The position numbers and the translations under genes are program-made. Below, piece after piece: positions 23,108-35,316 of a stretch of DNA of 48,011 nucleotides. The stretch lies in contig NC_068994.1 of the NCBI RefSeq assembly GCF_001194135.2, forward strand, positions 31,555,786 to 31,603,796. Reading direction: 5' to 3'. Each line of letters starts with the position of its first letter. Positions within the stretch are counted from its first letter, which is position 1. Source of the stretch: Octopus bimaculoides. Taxonomy: Eukaryota. The notes beneath the pieces were generated by a model, which was not told the DNA's origin, ran no database searches, and saw nothing but the letters and a program-made list of their open reading frames with translations.

Positions 23108-25768
23108 TCCCTCATTGGTGTTTTTTACGTGCCATCTGCAGAGGAGCCAGTCCAGCGGCACTGGCAACGACCTCACTCAAATGTTTTTTCACGTGCCACC
23201 GGCACAAGTGCCAGGAAGGCGACGCTGGTAACAATCACGCTCAAATGGTGCTATTTACATGCCATTGGCACGGAAGTCAGACAGCTGCTCTGGCAATGAT
23301 CACACTTGGATGATGCTCTTAGCGCTCCACTGGCACAGGTGCCAGTCATCGAATTTGGTTCAATCATCATTTCGATTTCACTTGCCCCAACAGGTCTTTG
23401 CAAGCTGAGTTTAGTGTCTAATGAAGGAGAGGTTGGCATGGGTGCCAGTTGTCGAATTTGGATCGATTTCATTTGCCTCAACAGGTCTTTGCAAACAGTT
23501 TAGTGTCCAATGAAGGAAAGGTACGCATAAGTGGGCTGGCTACACCCCTGGCAGAGGCCTCGGATTATGGTCTCACTTGGCTTGCCAGGTCTTCTCACGC
23601 ACTGCATATATCCAAAGGTCTCGGTCACAAGTCATTGCCTCGGTGAGGCCTAATGTTCGAAGGTTGTNNNNNNNNNNNNNNNNNNNNNNNNNNNNNNNNN
23701 NNNNNNNNNNNNNNNNNNNNNNNNNNNNNNNNNNNNNNNNNNNNNNNNNNNNNNNNNNNNNNNNNNNNNNNNNNNNNNNNNNNNNNNNNNNNNNNNNNNN
23801 NNNNNNNNNNNNNNNNNNNNNNNNNNNNNNNNNNNNNNNNNNNNNNNNNNNNNNNNNNNNNNNNNNNNNNNNNNNNNNNNNNNNNNNNNNNNNNNCACAG
23901 GTTCCCTCAACTGCTAGTGGGTGGCACTTTTTCACACAGCTATCCTCATCCATTCTCGCCACATGACCATACCAGCACAATCGTCTCTCTTGCACACCAC
24001 AACTGATGCTTCTTAGGTCCAACTTTTCTCTCAAGGTACTTACACTCTGTCGAGTATGCACACTGACATTACACATCCATCGGAGCATACTGGCTTCATT
24101 TCTTGCGAGCTTACGCATGTCCTCAGCAGTCACGGCCTATGTTTCACTGCCATGTAGCATGGCTGTTCATACATATGCGTTATACAGTCTGCCTTTTACT
24201 CTGAGTGAGAGGCCCTTTGTCACTAGCAGAGGTAAAAGCTCTCTGAACTTTGCCCAGGCTATTCTTATTCTAGCAGCTACATTTTCAGTGCACCCTCCCC
24301 CGCTGTTAACTTTGTCACCTAAATAACAGAAGCTATCAACTACTTCTAGTTTTTCTCCCTGGAATGTGGTAGACATTGTTTTGTGCACATTTTCAGTGTT
24401 TATTGCTCCTGAACATCTGCCACATACAAAAACTATCTTCCAAGTTAGCCTTCCTTTGATATTGCTGCACCTCTTATGTGCCCATAGCTTGCACTGAGTA
24501 CATGTTATAGAGTTTCTTCCTTCGCCTTTTCTACACATCGAGCAGGGCCATCTACTTGAAGGGGTTTGTGTTTTATCTACCTTCCTACTTATTAGGACTT
24601 TGGTTTTAGCTAGGTTGACTCTAAGGCCCTTCAATTCTAGTCCTTGCTTCCACACCTGAAACTTCTCTAGTTCTGATAGTGACTCAGCAATTAGCGCAAG
24701 GTCATCAGCATAGAGGAGCTCCCAGGGGCATCCTGTCTTGAATTCCTATGTAATTGCCTGGAGGACTATGATAAATAGGAGGGGGTTGAGGACTGAACCT
24801 TGGTGGACCCCTAGCTCAACCCGGAATTCTTCACTGTACTCATTGCCAACCCTCACCTTACTGACAGCGTACCTGTACATGGCTCGTACAGCTCTCACTA
24901 ACCATTCATCTATCCCTAGTTTCCTCATTGACCACCAGATAAGGGAAAGGGGTACCCTGTCAAAGGCTTTCTCCATGTCAACAAAAGCCAGGTACAGAGG
25001 TTTATCTTTGGCTAGGTATTTCTCCTGCAGCTGTCTTACCAGAAATATAGCATCAGTGGTGCTTTTCCCTGGCACAAACCCAAACTGCATCTCATCTAAA
25101 CTGACTCCTAATTAGTTGGGCTATGACCCTCTCCGTGACCTTCATTACCTGATCCAACAACTTGATACCTCTGTAAATATTTGTATCTAAAGCGTCACCT
25201 TTACCTTTGTAGCAGGTGACCATGGTACTGCTACACCAGTCATTGGGTATGACTCCTTCATGTATCACCTGGTTCACTATACGGGTGACTAGGTTATAGC
25301 CGACACTGCCCGATATTTTGAGCATCTCTGCAGTGATTCTTAATGGGCCGGGGGCTTTCCCTGTCTTCATACTCTTAATTGCTTTATCTACCATGGTACT
25401 GTCAACTCAGATAGCTGGTCCCTCTGTTGGATCGACATTCGGCAAACTCTCTTTCTCCTATTCATTCTCTTTATTGAGCAACCTTTCATAGTGGCATTTC
25501 CAAACCTCTCTCTTTGTAGCCTCGTTTAGTGCAAGTGAACCATCATCCATGCAGACACATTTCTCTCCTACGACATCACGATTCTCTCTCACACACTGTC
25601 AGGCAACACAAAATACTTCAAGTCTTTGGTCCTCACGGCACAGAACATTGGCAAATTTTTTCTTATCTGCTTCCCCTCTGGCTAAATAAACCTGTCGCCT
25701 AGCTTCCCTTCTGGCAGTCTGATACAATTCCCTGCTACCACCGTTCTTTCAGTCCTTCCAAGCCTGTT
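23108..25768 (-). mobile_element. RTE-clade LINE, 5'-truncated RT region plus long modular 3' UTR, broken ORF, internal gap
   Basis: RT motifs KAPGP...AEMLK, QFGFVPGKSTTDAIF, LAFVDMEKAFDRVP, GVHQGSVLNPLLF, LLYADDLALI; a C-x-x-C cluster; ORF end at 23573; 3' UTR at 23108-23570. Confidence 0.95.
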
Positions 25769-25799
25769 CGTGTGTGTGTATGTGTGTATGTGTTCATGG

Positions 25800-27128
25800 G
25801 TCTTTGTAAGGCTTCTGCTTAATGAGAGTATTTACTATTCAAATCTGGTCGTGTTTTGTTGATCCAGACTGACTCTTGTATCTATCATAGTGATGCATTG
25901 CCCAGGTGTCTAGACAGGATTTCTATGCTAATTTGGTTCAGCACACCACCAAACTGTTCTTTGGCATGCTGGTAGAGTATCAAGGTTTCTCTTTGATCCC
26001 TGTATTCCCTCCAATGTTCATTTATACGCTCGGCCAAACTTCTCACCGTTTCACCTATGTATGCAGTCTTCCAGTTTTTACAATCACCATACATGCAGTT
26101 TATTCAGTAAATCACATTTCTGGTTTTGCAGTTGACACCAGGGTTATATTTGCACACTACACAGTTCTCCTCTACACATGTGGGCTTTCTGAAGGGGTAA
26201 GTTTTTGCATACTATTGATATGATGGATCTCCCTGGTTTTTCCATGACTTTTATGTTCAACTTAGTATCCTTCAGGAATTTTCTAAATCCGTGGGCTAGT
26301 TCTCCGTATTGTGTGGCTTCTACAAACATCACCCCTTGGAACTTGTTGGCATTGTACCATGTGTTCTTTTTGTTTGTTTTATCATAAGTTCTCCATATTT
26401 TATTCCACTGCTTACTATGGTACTTAGGTTGTGTTCCATCAGCATCCTTATTCACAATCTCTTCAAATTTCTTACTAGCCCCACTGTACACTCGGATACT
26501 ATCTTTCTGGCTGTATCCTGAAAATTGCATGCCGTGCACGAAGTCTTGCGTGTGTTTCTGTTTCTCCCAGGGTTTGCACGGGGGGGGGGGGGATATGTTT
26601 TTCATTATTCTGATTAAGTCAGCTATCAATACATTAATTTTCACATTGTGTGATAAACTCTTATTGATCACATATTTCGAGGACATGGGTTTCATATAGT
26701 GTGAGTGGTACATTTGAACCTTGTTATTAATAGTCTCTCGGCAAAGCTCTGTGTCAAGGACCAGGAGTCTCTCGTTTGGGTACCTTGTTGGGTAATCTAT
26801 AGTTACTCTGATGCTTTGGTGTACGGAATTAGCTATACACTGGGTGCTTTCCATCATGATCTTCTCATTCTCTTCAGTTTGACAGTGTCCTGACTATGAT
26901 GTTGATGTCATCTACATATCTCCCATACAGTCTGATTGCTACTGATTGCTCCTCAAAAGCTTGTTTCAGTTTCCTGTTCCACCAGGTCATGATGAGGCTT
27001 GCCATGTCGCCAGCCACACTGACACCGATGGCTGCCTCCTGGACTTGCATATATAGCTTCTCAATGAATTTAATTATATGATTCTGTAGTGTGGTCTTTA
27101 GACTTGTGCCCACTGCATGTGCAATCAT
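25800..27128 (-). mobile_element. Second Penelope-like element (PLE2): RT core/thumb plus GIY-YIG, frameshifted
   Basis: AIGVSVAG...RLYGRYVDDINII; LLVLDTEL...YHSHYMKPM; AYIGETVRSLAERINEH...LYQHAKE. Sequence is unrelated to PLE1. Confidence 0.85.
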
Positions 27129-27238
27129 TTTCCGTGTGTATATATGTATATATATATATATATTTATATATATGTATATATTTTTATATGTATATATAGA
27201 TTTATATATATATATATTTATGTATATGTATTAATACA

Positions 27239-27301
27239 TATAGCAAGAAGAAAATGGAGGGAATCCAGAGGTAGTATGGGTGTATGTATATATGTGAATG
27301 T

Positions 27302-27345
<44 letters not shown>

Positions 27346-27823
27346 TAGTCCTATGAACTTCTTGGACAATCTTATAAAACACTCTGACGAAGCCTAGAGG
27401 CATACCCAAGTACTCTAATTTTATCTACAGATTACTACAGTACTCTGAAAAGATGGAAATAACATGTGGGGTACTGTGACCACTTGGCAGAAACAGCTGT
27501 AAGAAACTGCTTTTCTTTCTCTATTCTAGAAATTACTAGTACTTTACACATGTATTTATATATTATCTGAACTGTTTAAAATAAATAAATAGACATAATA
27601 TAATGTCTAACAGCTAATGAATACTACCTCTGGATTCCCTCCATTTTCTTCTTGTTATATAAATTAAGGGTAAAACCACTTATCCTAACCTAATTATGTT
27701 ACTCAATAGTGTAATTGCCATGCAATAACCAACACTTATGTATTAATTAGGTATTCTACCAGCAGTATATTGGTTAGATACTATCCCTTATTTGATTGGT
27801 TTTACAACCTCTAACTCTCCTTG

Positions 27824-27828
<5 letters not shown>
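27239..27828 (+). mobile_element. Family D element, longer variant
   Basis: 38/39-bp inverted repeat (27239-27277 and 27621-27659); 3' body shared with 20513-20665; (TA)n on both sides. Confidence 0.6.
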
Positions 27829-27865
<37 letters not shown>

Positions 27866-27928
27866 TCATATNNNNNNNNNNNNNNNNNNNNNNNNNTATA
27901 TATTTATACACATATACATATGTATTTA

Positions 27929-28338
27929 GGTGCAGGAGTGGCTGTGTGGTAAGTAGCTTGCTTACCAACCACATGGTTCTGGGTTCAGTCCCACTGCGTG
28001 GCACCTTGGGCAAGTGTCTTCTGCTATAGCCTCGGGCCGACCAAAGCCTTGTGAGTGGATTTGGTAGATGGAAACTGAAAGAAGCCCGTCGTATATATGT
28101 ATATATATATATGTATGTGTCTGTATGTGTTTGTGTGTCTGTGTTTGTCTCCCCAACATCGCTTGACAACTGATGTTAGTGTGTTTACGTCCCTGTAACT
28201 TAGCGGTTTGGCAAAAGAGACCGATAGAATAAGTACTAGGCTTCCAAGGAATAAGTCCTGGGGTCGATTTGTTCGACTAAAGGCGGTGCTCCAGCATGGC
28301 CGCAGTCAAATGACTGAAACAAGCAAAAGAGCAAAAGA

Positions 28339-28340
<2 letters not shown>
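27929..28340 (+). mobile_element. Family A1 SINE (tRNA head + CORE-like domain + internal microsatellite + ACAAGTAAAAG-type tail), best-preserved copy
   Basis: GGAGTGGCTGTGTGGTAAG A box, GGGTTCAGTCCC B-box-like, GGCACCTTGGGCAAGTGTCTT CORE-like motif, tail CCAGCATGGCCGCAGTCAAATGACTGAAAC. Confidence 0.9.
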
Positions 28341-28372
<32 letters not shown>

Positions 28373-28758
28373 TGATTGGATCTTCCATGTGTAAACATGT
28401 ACATATATATATATATATGTACACATACATATAAAACATTCACATATACATACACAGATGCATGCACACAAGCACACACAATCTACACATTTACATACAT
28501 GTATACACATGCAAGAAAAATATTAATACCAACCAAGTTTGTCAATTCTAAGACGTCAATCTATTAAGTCTAAAAGCTCCATTTTAGACTCTAGATTCTA
28601 AATCTACAATTGTTAGTCATGTTTTGATGATTGTTTCTTCACCACCGTACAATAACAAATGTAGATTTTCATTTTTGGTTTATTTCTTATTCTTCGCTAT
28701 TGTATTTTTGTTTGTTTTCTGTTATCTGGTTCATTTCCAGCTTATCCACAGGAGGAAT

Positions 28759-28768
28759 CCGCCATCTT
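28759..28768. promoter_or_regulatory. YY1 consensus site CCGCCATCTT (CAAGATGGCGG, TISU-like, on minus strand)
   Basis: Exact match to the YY1 consensus in a unique, non-repeat island. Confidence 0.35.
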
Positions 28769-29277
28769 GCTTTTCAAGCTGACAAAACTACTGTTCTTTG
28801 ACAGTTCAGCTGAATAGAATTACTGACAAAAAGCTTTGGAAACTCAAACAGCATGATGTTAGCCTGCTTTGTTGGGTTTTGTTTACCAACCATCATCAGT
28901 AACACAACTATTGCTACTATCACAACAACAACACTTGGCTAATGGAGAGGATTTGTTTTGTATTTCCCCTCTTTGACTAATGATTATTATCACCGTTATC
29001 CTAATTATTGATTTCTTACATAATCACAAGGCTGCAAATGTACGTGGTGGTGGTGGTGAGAGTGAGGGGAGGAAATGGTAATGACAGTATAGCTGACTGG
29101 ATCAAACCTCGGTATTCAACTGGTATTAAACTTTATTGATGCTGGAAAGAGATTTGATCTCAGAACATAAAAGGTACATAAACAAATACCAAAAGGTGTG
29201 TCTGTCATTTGACCTATTCTGCCAAGTCATTGCCTTCATTATTATTAGTGCTGGTGTTGTTGTTCTTATTATTATTG

Positions 29278-30136
29278 AACTGGCAAGCTGGTGGCATCAT
29301 TAGCATGCCAGACAAAATGCTTAGCAGGATTTCATCCATCTGTATGTTCTGAGTTAAAATTCTGCCAAACCTTTCACCTTTTTGAGGTTAATAAAATAAA
29401 GTACCATCTGAACACTGGGGTCAATGTAATCAACTTCCCTCACACCCAAAATTTCAGGCCTTCTGCCTATAGTACAATGAATTATTATATGAAGTGGTGA
29501 GCTGGCAGGATTGTTAGCATATTGGGCAAAATACTTGGTGGCATTTCATTCATCCAAGTTTGACTTTATATTTCATCCTTTCAGAGTTGATAAAATAAGT
29601 ACCAGTTGAGCAATTGGGATTGATATATTCAATTTAGCCCCTCTCCCGAAATTGTTGGCTTTGTGCCAAAATGTGAAACCATTAACTATTGTTATTATTA
29701 AGGTAGCAACAGCTGGCAGAATTATTAGCACATTGGACAAAACACTTGGTGTTATTTCTTCCAGCTATTCATATTCTGAGTTCAAATGCCACTGAGATCA
29801 ACTTTCTGAGCTGGGGTGATGTTTTTTTTGGGAGATGTTTTTTAGGAAAAAAAAGTGTATTTTATATCCCATCAAAAGCAGTTTTTGATATAAAAGACAG
29901 TATGACAGTATAAGGTGGTGAGCTGGCAGAATTGTTATCACGCCAGACAATGCTTTGTGGCACTCTGTCCATCTTTATATTCTGAGTTCAAATTCCGTCG
30001 AGGTCAGCTTTGTCTTTCATCCTTTCTGGTTGATAAAATAAGTACCAGTTGAGCACTGGAATCAATGTAATCAACCGACTTAATCCCTCCTCCAAAACTT
30101 GCCGGCTTTGTGCCAAAATTTGAAACCAATATAGAA
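29278..30136 (+). mobile_element. Cluster of four head-to-tail family B SINEs
   Basis: Heads (A/G)GCTGGC/TGG at about 29280, 29495, 29705 and 29914. The last copy has TSD GACAGTATAA at 29904-29913 and 30137-30146. Confidence 0.85.
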
Positions 30137-30409
30137 GACAGTATAAAGTTGTAATATCAGCTACAGGGATTGAATGCTGTGTCTGCCATATTGTGAAAAA
30201 GTGTATATTTTGCTAATGTATGTCAATGAATGATGTAAAAATTAGCAAGAAAACCAGAATATCTGGTACTTTAGAATAAAAATACTGTGTGTGGTATTTG
30301 TTCTGCTCTGGGTCATACAGATGATCCCTTATTCTTACCATTAAAGGTATGGTGAATTAATGATTGGCTCATTGAAAACCTGCAGCCAACATCACTACTG
30401 TTCACTAGT

Positions 30410-30625
30410 TATCTTTTGTTTTTTACTAGTATCAGTCATCAGACTGCAGCCACGTTGGAGCATTGGCTTGAAAGCTTAGTCAAACAAATCAACCCCAGGA
30501 CTTATCTTTCTTTTTTGTGAGTCTGGAGCTTGTTCTATTGATCTCCTTTGCTGAACCCCTAAGTTATGGGGATGTAAACAAGCCAACACTGATTGTCAAG
30601 TGGCAGGTGACAAACGCAGACTCAA
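30410..30625 (-). mobile_element. Family A1 3' half
   Basis: Tail and body motifs. Confidence 0.7.
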
Positions 30626-30638
30626 AGAGTATATATAT

Positions 30639-30823
30639 GTGCCGGTAGCACGTAAAAGCACCCACTACACTCTCGGAGTGGTTGGCATTAGGAAGGGCAT
30701 CCAGCTGTAGAAACTCTGCCAAATCAGATTGGAGCCTGGCGTAGCCATATGGTTCACCAGTCCTCAGTCAAATCGTCCAACCCATGCTAGCATGGAAAGC
30801 GGACGTTAAACGTTGATGATGAT
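30639..30823 (+). mobile_element. RTE 3' end fragment
   Basis: Near-identical to 44037-44222. Confidence 0.88.
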
Positions 30824-31237
30824 ATATATATATATATATATATATATTGTATACACACACACATATATATATAATTATTTGCAGGATCCAATCGAATTGA
30901 GGTATTTTAATAAAAAAGACACCAAGGTAGAGTCACAAACAGCATACTCATGTATCAACAATGTATAGACACTCACATACCTACTACAGTATATATGGAT
31001 TTGTCCTTCCAGTTACACATACATCCACATGTACAGACCAAATACACTCAATGTATATGTAAAAATCATACAGGGGTATACTCTGGCATGCAGTCCATGG
31101 TCCACTATAAGCTTAAGATCCAACACAGAGAAGGTTCTGAGTGCTGTGTACTGTAAATAATAACACAAATGGACTGAGGTTCACTACAGCTGTTTCAGAC
31201 ATGTTTTTTTTATTGATGAACAAAACAATTACATCAT

Positions 31238-31439
31238 GTAAAAAAAAAGCTTTCTTCAGGTGAATTAAAATCCAAAATTTAATATTTAAGATTTTTCACA
31301 CAAAAAGTATAGAATGTATTTTGACTCCCTCAATTGGCACCGGGATGAGAGTCAAAATTCATTCTATACTATTTGTGTGAAAAATCCCGAATGTTAAATT
31401 TTGGACTTTAATTCACCTGAAGAAAACAGTCTTTTTACA
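31238..31439. repeat. About 200-bp foldback (MITE-like) palindrome
   Basis: 77-bp arms at 31251-31327 and 31349-31425 with 7 mismatches, plus outer TGTAAAAA/TTTTTACA. Confidence 0.9.
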
Positions 31440-31454
31440 TCACACACACACACA

Positions 31455-31622
31455 CATACACACACACAATGGGTTTCTACAGTTTCTGTCTATCAAATTA
31501 ATTCACAAGGCATTGGTTGGCCCAGGGCTGTAATAGAATACACCTGCCCAAGTTACTGTACAGTGGGACTGAACCTGAAACTAGGTAGTCACAAAGCAAA
31601 CTTCTTACCCACACAATCATGA
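31455..31622 (-). mobile_element. Family A head
   Basis: Homologous to the 5' half of 27929-28340. Confidence 0.72.
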
Positions 31623-32034
31623 CTTGTATATTCTAAGCATTACAAAGTAGTTTAAATTCTTCCAGTCAGTTAGTTGTAGTGGTTGGTGAATACTCTAAGT
31701 GTTGTATGAAGTGTACTCTGTCAGTTCTACCACCTCCCAGCTGTGTATAACTCAATTGGGATCTTGGAGTAGGCCTTTATTTGTAAAAGGGATATGTACA
31801 AACATATCTAGGAGGATGGTTTCCATCACCTGCTTAGCTATCACAGATGAGTTGTGGGTGAAACATATTTGCTATCATGAGTAGTTTGACTGAGTGAGTA
31901 GTTTATTGAAAGTAGTAATTTATTTAAAGTACCAGACAGCTGGTGGGTGTTAAGAGTTGTGTTGTTGGAAGATGTAAAGAAGATGGTTATAGAATGTGTA
32001 GTCCAAAATGGGAGAGAATCAAAGTACAATGCCA

Positions 32035-32468
32035 TAGGTGTGACTGTGTGGTAAGAAGTTTGCTTCCCAAAGCACATAGTTCTGGGTTCAGTCCTACTGC
32101 ATGGCACCTTGGGAAACTATCTTCGGCCAAAACCTTGTGAGTGGATTTAGTAGACAGAAACTGAAAGAAGCTTGTTGTATAAATATATATATGTGCACCA
32201 GCATGACCGCAGCCACTTGGCTGAAACACATAAATAAATAAATAAATGTGTGTCTTTGTGTCGCTGTTTGTCCCCTCACCACCACTTGACAGCCAGTGTT
32301 GGTGAGTTTACCTCGCTGTAACTTAGCAGTGTGGGAAAAGTGACTGGTAGAGTAAGTACAGGCTTAAAAAAATAAGTCATGTAGTTGATTTCTTCGACTA
32401 AAACTCTTCAAGGTGGTGCTCCAGCATGGCCACAGTCTAATAACTGCAACAAGTAAAAGATAAAAGAA
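32035..32468 (+). mobile_element. Family A1 SINE
   Basis: Full head, body and tail. Confidence 0.85.
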
Positions 32469-32897
32469 ACCAGATACCTTATGTCAATGGTTTCCATAAA
32501 GTAATCTCCACAAAGGACAGACATCCATGAGGCTTAATCCTGTACCAGGATTAAAAACACTACATGGTCTCTCGGTAGCTTTAGCTGGATCTACTTTGTT
32601 GTAAGCTTTTAGGTTAGTATCTCCAGGTTGGGGATAATTTCCACCCTACAGACTTAAGAGATTCTGAAAATAGCCATAAATGCTGCTGCCTTTCCTGCTC
32701 TAAGTTACTTTCAAGCATTTTAGTCACTCATACCAATCCCTGGACTTATTTCAGTCAAGTGCTTTTTATCAACCTCCTTCATTTTATTGGTGTATATATA
32801 TATATATATATAATTTTTGCATATACATATAAAGATATAAAGGAACTATTTACATACATATATTTTGCTTCTTATATACACATAAAGGAGCTATGTG

Positions 32898-32977
<80 letters not shown>

Positions 32978-33389
32978 TGCATATATATATACATATGATA
33001 ACATTAGCAATAATAAATATAATAGGAGATGAAGTGAAGGAGAAGAAAAAGAATATATACACACATAACTATCAACATAAGCATTATACTTCTCACTTTT
33101 GTTGGTATGTTCAGCAAAATTTAGCTATGAATAATGCTCCTCCACCCCGTCACCATCTACTGTTATTATCTAAAGATATCACAAAAAAAGCAGAAACAAA
33201 CAAGCAAAAAAAAAAAAACTATATACATATGCACACATATAGAAGCATAATATGCACACATATAGTGGCTTCCCCACCCCCACCCTACTGATTACCAAAA
33301 GATGGAATTCCTTCAAAAATTCCAACAGCATCTGTTTAACCATTTCATATAATTCCTATAAAGACTTGCCAATTTTCCACAAATCAACA

Positions 33390-33846
33390 CCTCCATGGCA
33401 ACTGCCACCACCAGCACCACCACCACCACAGCCACCGCTATTACCATCACTACCACCACTGCTTCCACCATCACCAGCACCACAACCACAACAAGAACCA
33501 CTACCAATGCTGCTGCTGCCATCGCCACCACAACAACCACTGCAATACCCATTTCTCTGCCAAAAAGACAGAAAAAAAAAAAAAAAATCCCAATTTACTG
33601 TAGGCCAAAGAATATATTGCCATTTGAGATTCTTACCAGTTTACAGGTTGAGGAGGAAGATGGTGGTGGTGGTGGTTGGTGGGTGGTGATGTGAAAGTGG
33701 TGATAGTCATATAGTTAATAATGAAGGTTAGAAGCAGAGAGATGGTGGAACGATGGGTGTTGTAGCAAAACAATGGCTGTAGTAGTAGTAGCAATGGTGG
33801 TGATGGTGGTAGTAGTAGTAGTTGTAGCAGTGGTGGTTGCAGTAGC

Positions 33847-33884
<38 letters not shown>

Positions 33885-34000
33885 CAGCAGTAGTAGTAGN
33901 NNNNNNNNNTAGTAGTAGTAGTAGTAGTAGCAGCAGTAGTAGTAGTAGTAGCAGTAGTAGTAGTAGTAGCAGCAGTAGTAGCAGCAGTAGTAGCAGTGGT
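33390..34000. repeat. Triplet-repeat island: (ACC)-rich 33390-33545 and (AGT/AGC)n 33775-34000
   Basis: Direct reading; includes the gap at 33900-33909. Confidence 0.9.
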
Positions 34001-34344
34001 GGAAATGTGATCAGAATGTGATAGTGATGGAAGCTTTTTTTGCAGTTGTTCAAATGCACAAAAGCCTTCTTCCCCCAACAAAAGTTTGTTTGGGTAGCTT
34101 AGTGGTTAAAGCAATAAGACAATGGACTGCATGCAGATAGCTAGAAGTCACCAGGCTGTCCAATAATCAATCAAAGTATCAACTGTTCAAACCCTTTCAT
34201 GATCACTGCATAACATCCATAGTAAAGGCGTTTCCTCTCTCAAATGACAAATTTACCAAGCTATCACAGAGCCAATGAAGAGCCTCCCACATGGTCATGC
34301 AATCTGCTAGGAATAGTAGCCAGTTTTTCCTCAAATTATACATA

Positions 34345-34715
34345 TCCTACTTTCTTTTACTTGTTTCAGTCACTGAACTGCAGTAATGCTGGGGTACAAC
34401 CTTGAAGGGTTTCAGTTAAACAAATCAACCCCATTACTTACTTTTCTATTTAAATGTGGTATCTATTGCACCAGTCTATTTTGCTTAACTTGGATGTAAA
34501 CAAACCAGCACTGGTTAATAAACGGTGTTGAGGGAGCAAAGACACACACACACACATATATATATAGACATACACGATGGGCTTTCACAGTTACTGTCTA
34601 CCAAATTCCCTCACAAGGCATTGGTCTGTCCAGGCCTGTGCCATATAGTGGGACTGAACCTGAAAGTGCAAGCTTTCAAAGCAAGCTTCTTAATCACAAA
34701 CCACACAGACATGCC
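34345..34715 (-). mobile_element. Family A1 SINE
   Basis: Head, (GT)n and tail motifs. Confidence 0.75.
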
Positions 34716-34789
34716 AAGAGAAAATAAACAGAACTGCCAAGACCAGAATGCCTTTGATCAGAGGTTTGCTCAATCGGGACAAATCAGGG

Positions 34790-35020
34790 ACTAAATAACA
34801 GTTTCTAACTTAGGCACAAGACCACAGTTCTGAGGGGAGGAAGTTAGTCAATACCAGCAAACCCAATAATAAACTGGTTCCTTATTATATCAACACAGAA
34901 GAGATGAAGGGTAAAGTTGACTTCAACAAAGTTTGACTTAGAATGTAAAGAGTCGAAGAAACAAATACAAAAAAGAAGCCAATTTTTCCAAGGTTCTAAT
35001 GATTCTGCCAGCTTACTGCC
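34790..35020 (-). mobile_element. Family B SINE, diverged
   Basis: GATGAAGGGTAAAGTTGAC module. Confidence 0.65.
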
Positions 35021-35149
35021 AATTTGGGGTGAAATAATGTAAGGAGCAGAAGCACTGTAAAAATGAGTACTTCATAATTTCACAGTGCTAAGATTGGGTT
35101 CTGTGCCAAATCTTACCAATGTAGTGAGAGAAAATTAGCTGTATGATAC

Positions 35150-35279
35150 AGGCATAGGTATGGCTGTTTCCCAACCATATGGTTTTAGGTTCAGTTCCAT
35201 TACATAGCACCTTGAGTAAGAGTCTTCTGCTATTGCCCTGGGTCAACTAAAGCCTTGTGAGTGAATTTGATAGACAAAG

Positions 35280-35280
<1 letters not shown>
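35150..35280 (+). mobile_element. Family A head
   Basis: B-box-like and CORE-like motifs. Confidence 0.7.

Positions 35281-35316
<36 letters not shown>

Noticed and set aside
22999-23646. ORFs over the RTE 3' UTR (also 43770-44156, 12234-12467)
   Set aside because: GC-rich repeat modules give chance open frames that are not preserved between copies.
27381-27412. CTGACGA-A-GCC-TAGA-GGC, a hammerhead-like start
   Set aside because: The required GAAA is replaced by ATAC and no convincing stem I is present. At best it is a decayed remnant.
33252-34081. ORFs of 80-145 aa rich in T, P, V, L and S
   Set aside because: They arise from triplet repeats that lack stops in several frames; no domain.
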